Counted from the whole stretch's first letter, positions 1 through 11,952 are shown. The stretch: 62,099 bases of DNA, filler included, from Streblomastix strix (GCA_008636045.1; 4 parts of 4 records of this genome joined end to end with filler, not necessarily neighbours in it), one strand, 5' to 3'. Notes: a model not told the origin generated them from the letters alone. Numbers and translations are program-made.

Positions 1-1100
1 TAGTCCCACCATCTCAAATCCGCCAACATTCTCCTATCCAATTTCCACCTACCATTCCACCTTTGTTTCCTCAACGCTTCTGTTTTCATTCGATTGATTG
101 ACACCATATGTAGAGATGCATCCATTACCTGCAATCTCAGAAAGTTCAACTCGCCCTATAGTTGTGCTATCCTCCTAACCTCTACTACTTTCTTCTCCAT
201 CATAATCTCTAACCATCTTCGCAACTTCTGTTTCAACTGTCTTCTCTTATCCTGTGGAATGCACACTTCCATCGTACCGGTTTTCCACCTCCAGCTAAGG
301 AATTGGAAGTCCCTCATTGGTATTACCTTGCATTTAGCTAATTACATCTTGCAGCCTAGCTCCTTCATGAATTAAATTATCTAAACTGTATCGTATTGTA
401 GTTGTTTCCTTTCCTATGAAAAAATCAGTAGGTCGTCCATGTATTGTACCACTCTCACATTGAACTTCTCCATGATTGTTTTAACTGTTGAATTCATTAT
501 ACTGCAGAATAGCAATGGACTCCGGTTCCAACCAAAAGGTAGGCCAACGTAGCAATTCGCTTTCTCTCTAAACTTGAATCCCATGTACCTCTGTAAATCC
601 TCTCTCACATTCAAGTGATGATAAGTCTTCTCCAGATCCAGATGAGTAGCATAGTCCCCTTGTTTGATTGTTTGTGTAATTGTTATTACATCCTCCATCT
701 GGAAATGTTACTTAGTTGTTGCTCTATTTACCCTCCTGCAATTCAAGATTTTACGCCTCTTGTTTCCAGCTTTAGGTACCATGTAGGATGGATTGAAATG
801 AATAATCTCCTCGATCCTTCTCTCCTTCACAATCCCTTTTCTAATCTCCACCTTCAATTTTTCCCAAAACTTCTCCTCTCCCACTAAAATCTTTTGTTCC
901 TTTTGCCGTCTGTACAAACGATCCAATCTCTCCTTCGCATCTGCATCCTTCTACATTGCTCCCTCCATTACCCATCTGTCCGCGCCAATTGCCCTCAACG
1001 CCTCTATCCTATTAATAAATCAATCCGGAACCGCCCTCTCTTTACTAGACTCCAATTTTTACCCCAAATCTAGCGTCTTGTCGCTAACCGGGTCCAGCAA
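1..1100 (-). pseudogene. DIRS-type reverse transcriptase (pol), frameshifted, runs off contig
   Basis: Motifs FNPSYMVPK..RRKILNCRRVN, LDLEKTYHH, LPFGWNRSP, YMDDLLI, then GELNFLRLQ...LADLRWW (DIRS RT thumb/connection). Confidence 0.85.
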
Positions 1101-1149
1101 GTCCCATCTGTACCCACTCATGCTCCCCGCTTTATCTACCAGTCACCGC

Positions 1150-2245
1150 TCCACTCCATTCGCCTATTGATTCATGATCCACACGCTCCCTCGTCCCATA
1201 CCTCGCATTTCATGGCTGCTGCGGTAACGCCTGCGCGTGGTTGCAATATAAACTCGGTTTGGGGTACTTTGGCATGTTCAACATTGCTGCTTATCGCTTC
1301 TGTTGGTAGTAGTGTCCTTGAAATTAGAACCTTGGCCATGAATTACCCTATAATTGTTACCCAAGTCCAGTCCAGCTCTATTTATACGGCCTAGAATAGC
1401 CCAGCTGTGCATTAACCGATGTATTTGGCTAATTCATACCCCAATTCACAAAGGTTGCTGGCTGTTTGAAGAATCTATTGTTCCAGCCCTTCCCATTACT
1501 ATTAGACCTGAAGCCAGCAAACTTCTACTGTTATTGGAACGGTTACACCGCCTGCGCCTACCGTTACGTTTACTGAGTCGCTTCACCTTTTCCTGCAGTG
1601 GTAGTACCTGTGCTCTCCTAATTGGCTATCAATTTTGAATGTCTCAGTATCTTTTCTACCTTCTTTTTTGATTCGCTCCTATGCAGCAGTGTAACACCTA
1701 CATCAGTCTTCAAATTCTCCTTCGCGTCTTTCGGAGCTGTCGCCTCTTCTCGCAGCATTTTAGCGTCGCCTGCAATGATATGTAACGCGTGGTTTGTAGA
1801 AAATAACTCAATCATCACCATCTCCTTATTACCCATGATCATGTCCGCCATTGCAGCCTTAGTAATATTGATACCGTGAATTGCGAACCTCTGTGTCTCA
1901 CGCTCATCCGATAGGTCCAGCGCGCCCGCAAGGATAGCAGCGTCTCATTCATCCTCACCCATTACCTGATAGTCACCTCGCGTCTCTTAATGTCACTCCG
2001 AACCTCCAGCGATGCTCACTCGCCCGATATATCCAGATTTTCCAATTTTTTCCGTAATAGCCCTCCAAAACCTTTTTTTGAAGCTCCTTCACTCTCTTGA
2101 CCTTTTCCAGCAGTTCGGGTGCCATACTATTCGCGCGGAAGCCTTGTAACCACTCGAACTCGTTGCTAGACGTCAGTTTGCACGAATCATCGTTAAGTCG
2201 CGTCCACTCCATCGGAAATTGGCTACCGCCAGCACCCTCTCTCAT
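1150..2245 (-). pseudogene. gag-like ORF1 of the DIRS element
   Basis: Coding-like stretch upstream of pol (ORFs 1973-2245 and 1618-1851 continue through TAA/TAG); assignment by position only. Confidence 0.5.
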
Positions 2246-2399
2246 TTAGCTGTTGTTGATACCTTCTAAATTAATTACATTGTCTGGACACGACTCTTAT
2301 TTGGACACACAGATTTTTTCGCGGGATCTGACCCATACACATTTTGCGTTGTATCCTAATAAAACGGAGTTAAATATAATGAAGCTATGGTACAGATCA

Positions 2400-2705
2400 A
2401 ACGCACATGTTGGGTTTATTTTTATTATTTATTCTCCTTCTTATAATCTTTCTGTTCAACTTTCGCAATCACAGTTTCAGGATCATAAATAACATCAGTT
2501 GGACTCATCCAATAAACTCCAGCAAAGAATTTCACAAGTTCATTTATTGTATTTGGGGAAAAGTTGGTACAATCCATCTTCGTGGTGCAGCTAAGAATTG
2601 ATAAGCTTCAAATGCACCACTGTATGGAGCAGCAAGTGAAGCGAATGATTCAATGAAGTTGTCTTTCTATTCTTATGTGAATGGTGGATAACGTGCGAGG
2701 AACAT
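2400..2705 (-). pseudogene. Host LCAT / group XV phospholipase A2-like exon fragment
   Basis: Code-6 translation FLARYPPFTQEQKDNFIESFASLAAPYSGAFEA...VYWMSPTDVIYDPETVIA resembles the LCAT-family WKDKYIxSFxSLAAPWGG...WMxP segment. Confidence 0.55.
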
Positions 2706-2989
2706 ATTTAATATTATTTAAATAGTTGAGTTAATTAATAGATATAATTTTAAATATTTATTTTTTTTTTAATTATTTCATACAATAACTTGTTTCAACT
2801 GTAATATCAAGACTTATTATTATTATGATATATTTTCTAAATTTTTAATTTCATAATGAATTGATCATTTATTTTAAATAAATTATCATATTAATTAATT
2901 AATCATTAATATAATATTTGTTATGAAAATCGAAAATGAGAAAGGGTTATATTTTCTAATACCATTTATATTTTATTATATCCAACACT

Positions 2990-3064
2990 TATTAAACACA
3001 TATTAAACACATATTAAACACATATTAAACACATATAAAACACATATTAAACACATATAAAACA
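2990..3064. repeat. 11-bp tandem repeat (TATTAAACACA), ~7 copies
   Basis: Directly visible tandem array. Confidence 0.9.
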
Positions 3065-3349
3065 TTTATATAATTCAAAACAATGCAAAATCTCAGTAAA
3101 TTAATTATAAAAATGAAAAAATGATAAATAAAAATGATGTGAAATATATATGCTTTAATAAATTTCAACTAACACATATTAATCAGTTAATTTATATTTT
3201 ATTAACAATATCATCACCATTTTTTTCACTCATTATCATCATTATTAACATCATCTTCTTCTTCATCATCATCATAGTCATCATTCTTTTAGTTACCTTT
3301 TAAATAATATTATGATTAAAGTAAAAAAATATTATAACAATGAATGAAA

Positions 3350-3800
3350 TTAGTTAAAGGTAATGAAAATTGAGATTTTTATAATGAGAATGCTAAATAT
3401 TTCTTCCCCACGATTGAAGCAGACATTTTTGATGAGAAGAAGATATTGGGATTATCAATCGAAAGACAGAGAATATCAATGATTGCATTAGCTCTTAAAA
3501 ATTATGTGATAGAGACTAACTACTGTGCTAATTCAAAAATAAAATTAAAAGGGGTTAATCAGAAAACTAATAAAATTACAAAAGCATAGATAGTCGATTG
3601 CGTTAATGAAGGAAAAATAACAAAATGCACTAACATGCGTTTAGGCTAGAAGAACCATTAAATGAGCTAGTTATCTATAGAAAAAAAACGGAATTACTGG
3701 AATTAATACAAAAGCCATCGTACTTTCCGATTAGAGTTGTTGCCCATACATTTTCGGACTCACAGCGAAAGACTACTCATATGTATGTTCAAAAATAATT
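3350..3800 (+). pseudogene. Protein-primed family B DNA polymerase (pPolB), C-terminal fragment
   Basis: NENAKYFFPTIEADIFDEKKILGLSIE...MIALALKNY...KLKGVNQK (KxY and KGV motifs); homologous to the C-terminus of the full pPolB at 51010-56128. Confidence 0.8.
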
Positions 3801-3804
3801 ATTT

Positions 3805-4375
3805 TCAATACTCTATATCATATAATCTTTTAAACTTATTTATATAAATTTTAAGATTTTTGTTATTTGTATCATTAGCACATATAAATAATTATCCTGT
3901 ATGTTTCAGTTCATTAATGTGAAGTTATCGATATTACAATCCATTAAAGTAATAGAAATTGTCATTATCAAAATAAAGAAATTCATACTAATATTATCCA
4001 TACTCATTAACGACTATCGCATCATCAGATAATTAATCTATATAATTATATGTTATATTTCCTTAGTATGATTTATTTTTTTTAATTTTCTGATTTTGAA
4101 CACCGTCTAAGATTAGTCAAATCATTATTTAATTTGTTTTGATCTTTATGATTTATATCAGGTAAATTATCAGGATTAGGTAAGAATTAAATAGCAAGAA
4201 CACGATGATATAAACATGATTTTACATTTAATTTAATTTGCTAATATCCTTTCTAATTAACAGATATTACAGGTATAAACTTATTATCAATTCTTCTAAT
4301 CGTATGTGGTTCTTCAGTTAATATCTCATAATCAGCGTCAACAGTTAATGTTTCCCAATTGTTTTCTTCTGACAT
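3805..4375 (-). pseudogene. HNH homing endonuclease (NUMOD4-like N-terminus + HNH_3), frameshifted
   Basis: MSEENNWETLTVDADYEILTEEPHTIRR...HRVLAIQFLPNPDNLPDINHKDQNKLNNDLTNLR. Confidence 0.8.
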
Positions 4376-4397
4376 ATTTATGTTCAAATAAAAATAA

Positions 4398-5416
4398 TCA
4401 TTTTTTTTTAAAATTTCAAATTTTCCTATCCATTTGTTCAAAATAATGAATTCAAATTTCTTTAATGTGTTGTACAGTAACTGAAACTCATCAAAATTTA
4501 AATTTTATATTGTATTTTCTTCATAAACCTGTTTAAGATCACTCTCACCGATGTTTATGCCTAAACAAATTACATGGGTTAATATCCTTGCTGTCTTGAA
4601 CAAATAAGTTGGACGTTAAGCTATAAAGAAAATAGTGTTTTTACTATGTCTTGAATCACTAACGAGATGCGTTATTGTTTTTGATAATTATGAACTGAAT
4701 CGTTAGATATCTGCATTAGATCCAATATCATCAAATAACATTAATGTGTTTAATAATTAAGCTTTTTCCAATATATGTATTTTCATTATTTTAATGTCTG
4801 CATTTTACTCATCATCCGTAGTTTTGTATTTCTTTTAATAACTAACGTTTTGAATTAGCGCAGAGATATCGAATCTTAATATCTTGGTTGGTTAGCTATA
4901 TGTATTAATTGTTTCGATTACTTTTTATTTGAATAGTTCAGCAATTCTATTAAGATAATCATTAGGTTTTTCATTCTTTTTTATCTCATTATTTTATAAT
5001 ATCTATTCTTCCATTCGTTTAATGAAATCACTAGTATAAGATTATTTTTACTCATTCATCTTGCACCATGTATACATCTCTTTAGTTGAGTATTTTATTT
5101 CATCAAATTCAGGTAGAAATACCATTGCATCTCCATAAGTAACATTCGTTAATTAAATTTTCTTACTATTTAGGTTTAATGCCATAGTTTCATCTGCTCC
5201 ATAATTCGAGAAGTATAATATGAATGGATCGATGATTTTTTTATATGTCACAATTAGCTTACACATTAATGTTGTTTTACCACTTCCAACAGCTCCAACA
5301 ATATAATGATTTCCATTAATAAGGAACAATGAATTCTTCGTTAATGGTGTAGTTTTATATTCGTTCAATAGATCTTGATTAGTAAATGTTATATCTTATA
5401 ATTCCTTTAAAGTCAT
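4398..5416 (-). CDS. A32/FtsK-like DNA packaging ATPase (internal frameshift)
   Basis: Walker A IVGAVGSGKTT, Walker B LMLFDDIG, then SRHSKNTIFFIAQRP typical of A32-like ATPases. Confidence 0.85.
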
Positions 5417-5432
5417 TTTCAAAAATAATGAA

Positions 5433-5801
5433 ATGAATATACTTAGTTTGATCATGGGAATAATGAATTACATGTTTTATGGTGTTAATTTTGTAACATC
5501 AATTATATCTGTATCAATTCCTGATAAATTGATGGATACCGTTAATGTAGTAAAAACATTATGGATTTATTTTGATTTAGTATTGGTCCCATTAAATATA
5601 ACGATTTACGTCATACAATTCTTTTACAGAAGAAAAATGGACAAGAATTAGCCAAGCATTCATTGGTCATAGCTATCTGTAGAATAAATCGAAACACTTT
5701 TAAATGAAGCAATAGCCAATAAAGATTTGGAATTAGCAACACATTGGCGATATATCCTGTATCTTAAAATGTTAAATAACCCTAATAAATAAATTGTTTG
5801 A
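5433..5801 (+). CDS. Small viral protein with hydrophobic N-terminal half (putative membrane protein), 122 aa
   Basis: Open in code 6; ortholog at ~32568-32966. Confidence 0.65.
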
Positions 5802-5811
5802 ATCAAATGAA

Positions 5812-6186
5812 ATGGAATAATTATATAGTTTAGCTACAAACATTGGTTTAAAATATAATGCGTCTGAGTATGAGAATTTCGAAATATTTGAAGCATTAAT
5901 CGAGATAAATGATCTATCAATTGAAGAAAAATAAACATATGACCAATTAAAATAACACTATTGTTTCTTAGAACCAATCCAAGACAAAATTGAAGAGATA
6001 ATCAAATGTATCTAATATATCAACAATCTTATTGTTTTAAATTAAGCTGATAATAATTGGCAAAATTACTATATTACTCATCATTCACAAATTAATTGTA
6101 AATCAATTTTTCTTCTTCACTAGCTTCAGAAATAATGTACTTCTTTATTTGTTATGGTTAATTGTTTTGATCTAATGATTTTTTGA
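5812..6186 (+). CDS. Viral hypothetical protein (true stop may be ~6060 as in copy C)
   Basis: Open in code 6 (MEQLYSLATNIGLKYNASEY...); conserved at ~32977-33246. Confidence 0.55.
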
Positions 6187-6478
6187 TTAATAGATATTTA
6201 TTTTTGAAGTATTTATCCTATTCATTAAATAACTTATTTTTATAATCTTCTTCATCTACCATCTTCTTTATATTTTATAATTATTGCTATTGATTAGTGA
6301 ACAATTTATTGATTCTCATTAATTCTTAGAGTAATGGATGGATTGATTCTTTTACATCGTTCTTTAACAAATTTTATAATGCTTCAATTGTAACTTTAAT
6401 TGTATCGTTATCAATAAAGTGTGATTTGACTAATTCATTGAATAATTGTTTAATTAATAAGGTTTACTGTTTTTCCAT
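6020..6478 (-). CDS. Viral hypothetical alpha-helical protein, 152 aa
   Basis: Open in code 6 (MEKQQTLLIKQLFNELVKSHF...); conserved at ~33200-33664. Confidence 0.65.
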
Positions 6479-6517
6479 TTAATTTCAAAAATAATCCATA
6501 AATCAATCTTTTATAGA

Positions 6518-8159
6518 TCAAACCAACATAAAATCAGATAATGGTTTAGATGTTCCATCCGATAGCAATACCTATAAATCTGATACACCTGATCTAACAT
6601 AGCCCGGAGCAGTTAAATTTGCAGGAAATGTTATAGTTAAAAGATGAACATGATCATTTCTAGCGTAATATTGTGATGTCCCATTAGATGGATTTAAATT
6701 AGGTTTCGGAAGAACATTATTATTTGGTTATACATTAATTGGATGAGCATGATTACTTCTTGCATAATATGATGAATTTCCCGCAGTTCCATTACCATCA
6801 ACATCTTATAGAGGATATGCTGTAGTTACCTAAAATGGATGTTAATGATTTGCAGCGGCATAATAAATTGAATTGCCTACAACACCTGATCCTGTATCTA
6901 CTGATGGTGTAGCAGTTGTAGAAATTTATAATGGATGCTAATGATCAATTCTTGCATATGTATTCTATGCACCAGCAATGCCATTTGGTGAAGAACTTTT
7001 AACAGGAAGTGCTGTAGTTACATTTAATGGATGAGAATGATCGGAACGTGAAAATGTAGTATTAATTCCAACAGATCCATTAAATGTATTTTTTAATCGG
7101 TACATCAGATGAAACATTAATTGGATGTATATGATCACTTCTAGCATATGTATTAGCTAAACCCGCTGTTGCTTCTCCATCAGGAAGGGGATCCACTACC
7201 GATACACTTAATGGATGAATATGATCATTTCTAGCGTAAAACGTTGATGTACCATTATCTCCTTATCCATCTGGTTTTGGAATATTTCCTGCATTAGTTT
7301 CAACATTAATGGGATGAGATTGATTTGATAAAGCATTATCTGTTGATGAACCATATGAACCACTTGCTGAATCAGTTACTGGAATATTTGATGAGAATTA
7401 TAGTGGATGTTAATGATCACTTCTAGCCAATGTAGTTTATGTTCCTACATTACCAGTAGAGCTATCTTTTTCAGGTATAGTTGTAGATACATTACTTGGA
7501 TGTCTATGATCTCCTCTAGAATATTCATTTGAAATACCAGCTGCTGCTATTCCATCAACTAATGATAGTGAATCACTAGCGGGAGCTAATTAATCAGGAA
7601 CAGTATGTCCACTTTGAATCCATTTAATTAATTGGGGAGCTGAGCTATCATAAATATATTTTTATAAATCTTCCGCTGAATAAGCATAATCACCATCTGC
7701 AGCATTAGGTAAATTATATATTTCTTATATAGTCAAATAATATCCTCTAAAGTGTTACTATCTTACTAATTCTTACTGAATAACTACCACATCCTATTAA
7801 AGGTCACTAATATCTCCTTCAAACGAACCGACTGATGCTTATAATTAATTCATTTCATTATCCAGCTACACTATCTAATTTACAAAATCAAAATTAATCA
7901 CTTTCAAATTCTTTATCGTTAGTAATCCATTAGGTTCTATTTTTAATGAAAAATCAGTAGCCATTCCAACAACGATTAAATTATTAGCAGTATATATTAA
8001 TGCTCCATCATTATCTATAAATAATTGATACTCATCATTGGATAACATACTTTATCCTGAATTATCACGTTTCGAATATTGTTTATAATAATAAGCAATA
8101 TCGTTATTGATTAACTATATAACTGTTCGGATTTATTGTTACGATAATGAAGCGTTCAT
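6518..8159 (-). CDS. Long fibre/spike protein with ten ~31-aa YARxDHxHP repeats (one frameshift)
   Basis: N-terminal coiled coil, FRGYY..GDYAY module, then repeats DHRHP, DHQHP, NQSHP, DHIHP, DHIHP, DHSHP, DHQHP, NHQHP, NHAHP, DHVHL resembling phage tail-fibre repeats. Confidence 0.75.
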
Positions 8160-8179
8160 TTCTTCAAAAATAAACTACA

Positions 8180-8389
8180 TCAATTACGTTTATTTACCAG
8201 TCGATCAACTGCTCCTGCAAGATTAGCTCCTGCCCCTAATGCGCCACCAATAGCAGGGTGAATCATTCCAACTGGGCCAGAGATTGTTGATAAAACTTTT
8301 TATAATGCTGATGCAACCCATTAAGCTGCTTTCTTAACACCGCCTAAAATTTTCGATCCAAAATTCGCTATTCCAGAGAAGAAACCCAT
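8180..8389 (-). CDS. 69-aa amphipathic Gly/Ala-rich protein, adenovirus protein VI-like candidate membrane-lytic peptide
   Basis: MGFFSGIANFGSKILGGVKKAAQWVASALQKVLSTISGPVGMIHPAIGGALGAGANLAGAVDRLVNKRN; adjacent to MCP; same length in copy C. Confidence 0.7.
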
Positions 8390-8455
8390 TTTGATTTAAT
8401 ATAAAATTTATTATCATTATCGTCATCAGCGTACAGTTATTTTTGTTTTATTGAA

Positions 8456-10399
8456 ATGTCATTCAATTCTAGTGATTATCTAGCCCGTTTGCAAAAAATG
8501 TAACACTCTGATTACGTTGCTGGTTATATGTAATTAGGTGAAGTATTAAGAACATTAACGATTCATGCTGGATCATTTTCAATTTCCAAGCAATAATTCA
8601 CCGATTAGCCTGTAAATGAACTAACATCTAGTGGAGTAAAATATACTAGAGCACCACTAGGAGCGCGTGGATTAGCCACCTGTTCAATGGAATAAACATG
8701 CTAAGTGAATTTGACAATTACCATTCCTGCAAATACATTAGCGATATAATTAAATGAAACAAATGAAGAAGGAGATGATTTAAATAAGAGAATTAACTTC
8801 AATGGTAAAATAAATTCCTAAGATCCTGTTGCTAAAAGTATTACATAAGCAAATTAAAAGTATTATGGGAAAACAGCTGATGGAGATGAGAAATCTGAGC
8901 GATTACGTTTTTGGCTTGGATTCCCCACTGCGTGTGGACCATTTCACCAATTTCAATTGATGCGTGATGCCACTGCATTATGGCGTACTTCAATATATGC
9001 TAGAGAATAAGCTGCTATTAGTTCTAATTCTTTGAGTGATTTGTGCACAAGCAATAGCGTTAGTGTTTCTCCACTAGAAAGCATCATTAATGGTAAAAGT
9101 CATTGTGGAATATTTATTGACATTCCTCTATCTGATATTGATACGTAATCAGCTACCACTCCTTGGTATTTTAGAATTCCATTTGATATTACATTTAGTG
9201 GTGTTCTTGATCTTAACTAATTAAATCCAATTTTTAATTCATTTCCTGTTCTTACTAGGAATTACGCTTCACTATTTCTATAACTTTGGATATAAGATTA
9301 TCTATAGGATTTGAAGGTAGTTTGGCTTAATAAAACTGATGTTGTTTAAAATTTAAATTTATCTTATCACACGATTCCACCTGAGAAACCGGACATAGTA
9401 TATCTATTAGCTGAACCTACAGTTAATGCGGTATTTAATTATAAGAAATTTAATGTACGGATAGTCAATATGTAAAATGCTGCAAATGCTGATAGAGGAC
9501 CATAGAATAGTATCAGTTAAATTAATAATACACAATTTGAAAAATTAGAGATATAGAATATATGTTTTAATGTTGAAAATGAAGAAGCAATAGTTAACAT
9601 GATTAGAGAGTAAAGAATAGTCAATTTTCCTACCTAAGTATTTAGATCTTAATCATCAAATTTCCCATTTAGTGGTTTTACTGATACAAGTGGAGCTATG
9701 TAAAGTATTATGTCATTCTCTAATATAAAATCACTATTCATGACGTTTGCCATGCCATAGTATCCAACATGGTTTTATCCTATATTATTTTATGATTTTG
9801 ATTTAATTATTGATTAACGACATGTAGTTCCATAGCCATATAACGCTTTGACACAAACAGTTAATGGACTAATGTTTGATTGTTTCGTTGATTAAGATGT
9901 TGTTAGTGCTCCATCAGATTTGTATCATACACTTACATTTGAAAATCTGAATTGCTCTGATAAAGGTGGATTTTATGGACGATACGACATAAATGTATTC
10001 GCTAATATTACATTATTTGTAGGGACAAAAGCATCTAAAACATTATATCCAAACAAATATATGCTTGCATGGAAATTAGCAACTGATGATTCATTTATGC
10101 GAGGATATAACTCATCAAAACAAGGTGCAAGAACAAATATATAAGTTATTTTAGATGGAAATTTGACTAAAGGAGTATTAGATAGTACAGATATAAATAA
10201 AGATTAGAACTGTAATGACTTAAAACAATTTATTGCTATGAGAAGTTATCCTGATCCAACTAAAGCATCTATTACTCCAATGCTACATTATCTATGTGAT
10301 GCATTTATGCGAATTACATTTGATAATAATCCTGATCCATAAGTGTTAAATATTGACGTTATTGGTGAGATTGGCGGAAGTACGATTAATGCTGGTTGA
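8456..10399 (+). CDS. Major capsid protein (double jelly-roll, Maverick/Polinton type), 647 aa
   Basis: 1944-bp frame apparently open in code 6; beta-rich; block FWLGFPTACGPFHQFQL..EQAAI..HCGIFIDI..LDLNQLNPIFNSFP aligns by eye with the contig-B capsid; context next to ATPase and fibres. Confidence 0.75.
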
Positions 10400-10425
10400 A
10401 ATTGAAGACAAAAATAATTTATTTT

Positions 10426-10551
10426 TCATTTACATATCTTTGATTCGCACGCATATTTGATTGCTGCTTCCCAAATTGTCTTAAAGATAGAATGCCAATT
10501 GATGTTCAATTAATCTAAAGCGTAAATGATTGTCTCATTAAACCCATCCAT
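10426..10551 (-). CDS. Conserved 41-aa viral micro-ORF
   Basis: MDGFNETIIYALDQLNINWHSIFKTIWEAAIKYACESKICK; same length and intact at 38169-38294. Confidence 0.6.
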
Positions 10552-10570
10552 TTGTTTATTTTTAAATATT

Positions 10571-11340
10571 TCAACTTTCTGACTAATTATGAATTGCATA
10601 TGAATCACATACTTATAAACAAAAATCATCAGGTAAACTTAACTAACACTTTGTATTTATTATAACGTTTCCATTAGTATTAATGTAACAATCCATAGCA
10701 ATTGCTCCATTCCAACATATTGGATAACCAATAACTCTTACTGCAAACATAACTGCATTTAATGGTATATTTGATGGTGTTCCACTAAACTTTGGCTTTA
10801 TAGCATTATCAACGATTGAGAATAAAGTATTTCCTGAATCCCATACTGTATTTGGATCCTTGTGAGTTATTTACAGTGAAATATATACTCTACTATTTTA
10901 TGTTGTTACTGTACCCCATATTCGTTACTCATACATTCCATATGCAATTGATGAATAACGTGCATTCGCAATTGGTTCATAGGCCAATTGATCTTTATCG
11001 ATTGTATCTCCATTAGCTAATACAATTTAGTTGCTTGTTCCACCTTATTTAACAATTTTACTAGCTATGATGGGTTATAAAAATGTCTTGATTCTTGTTA
11101 TAAATTAATCAGTACTTAATGTTACAAAATTAGTTAAATCAACTTTAATTTTTTAAAGAATTAACTCAAATAATTGAAGTACTTAATGATCTCAGTATCA
11201 ATGATTTATAACAACAAATTACGTTCTTTAATTTATTTTTATTACTCTTCCTACAATTATATTAATTTAATTGCATGATCTTATTACATAAATTATTCAT
11301 CTTCATCAATCATATCTAAATCACTTAATTATTGATCCAT
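10571..11340 (-). CDS. Second, short fibre-like protein (coiled coil + shaft motif + beta-rich knob), one frameshift
   Basis: DLTNFVTLSTDQFITRIKTF...IVKQGGTSNQIVLANG is the shaft motif also seen in the other fibres; beta-strand-rich C-terminus. Confidence 0.6.
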
Positions 11341-11366
11341 TTTTATTGCAAAAATAATTGCTGCTC

Positions 11367-11929
11367 TCATTCATAATTACCATTCCTTAATCGATCAATA
11401 TATAAACGAATCTTTTTGTGGTTTATATCGATTACATTAATAAGATCATACGGTAAATTAGGGTATTAATGAACTATTAACTTTCTAAATTTAAGACCAT
11501 TATGGATATATACATTAAAATCTTAATCAAAGCTGTATCCTTCTAAATCATGTCTATTATACGTATCTAATCGTTAACAACCAATTGGTAATTTATCAAA
11601 ATATTCAAATTTAGTTCTATATACAACTTTATTTTTCTAGTTATCTGAATGAGAGACCCAACGTAAGTTCTCTAATCGATTATCTGTTTTAATTTGGTTC
11701 ATATGATCAATTTCTGAAAGGTTATTAGGATTTGGTAAATATTATGTTGCTAATATGAGATGTAATAAATGATATTTACAGTTTAACATTATTCTTTGAT
11801 ACCCCGCTGACTAAATATTTAATGTAGGAATATATCCATTAGAAATTTTCCTTATTGTATGTGGTTCATTTGTCAGTATTTCATAATCGTCATTAACAAT
11901 TAAAGTTTCCCATTGTTTTATTCTGCCAT
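11367..11929 (-). pseudogene. Second HNH homing endonuclease (frameshift near start)
   Basis: WETLIVNDDYEILTNEPHTIRK...LHLILATQYLPNPNNLSEIDHMNQIKTDNRLENLRWVSHSDN. Confidence 0.85.
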
Positions 11930-11952
11930 TTATTATTTAAGAAAAATAATTA

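Larger units (their letters stand above)
1..2395 (-). mobile_element. DIRS-like (tyrosine-recombinase class) retrotransposon, 5' part; truncated at contig start
   Basis: GC-richer block with a gag-like ORF followed by an RT ORF with DIRS-type motifs; the YR gene is not in the window; 5' boundary approximate. Confidence 0.8.

Noticed and set aside
94..1879. Plus-strand ORFs over the retroelement and most short hydrophobic ORFs in the track
   Set aside because: Antisense shadows of real code-6 genes or AT-rich low-complexity noise
4253..4441. In-frame ATPase-HNH fusion suggested by the ORF track
   Set aside because: Arises in a poly-A run; copy C stops at KFEILKNK-TGA, so it is likely a homopolymer indel
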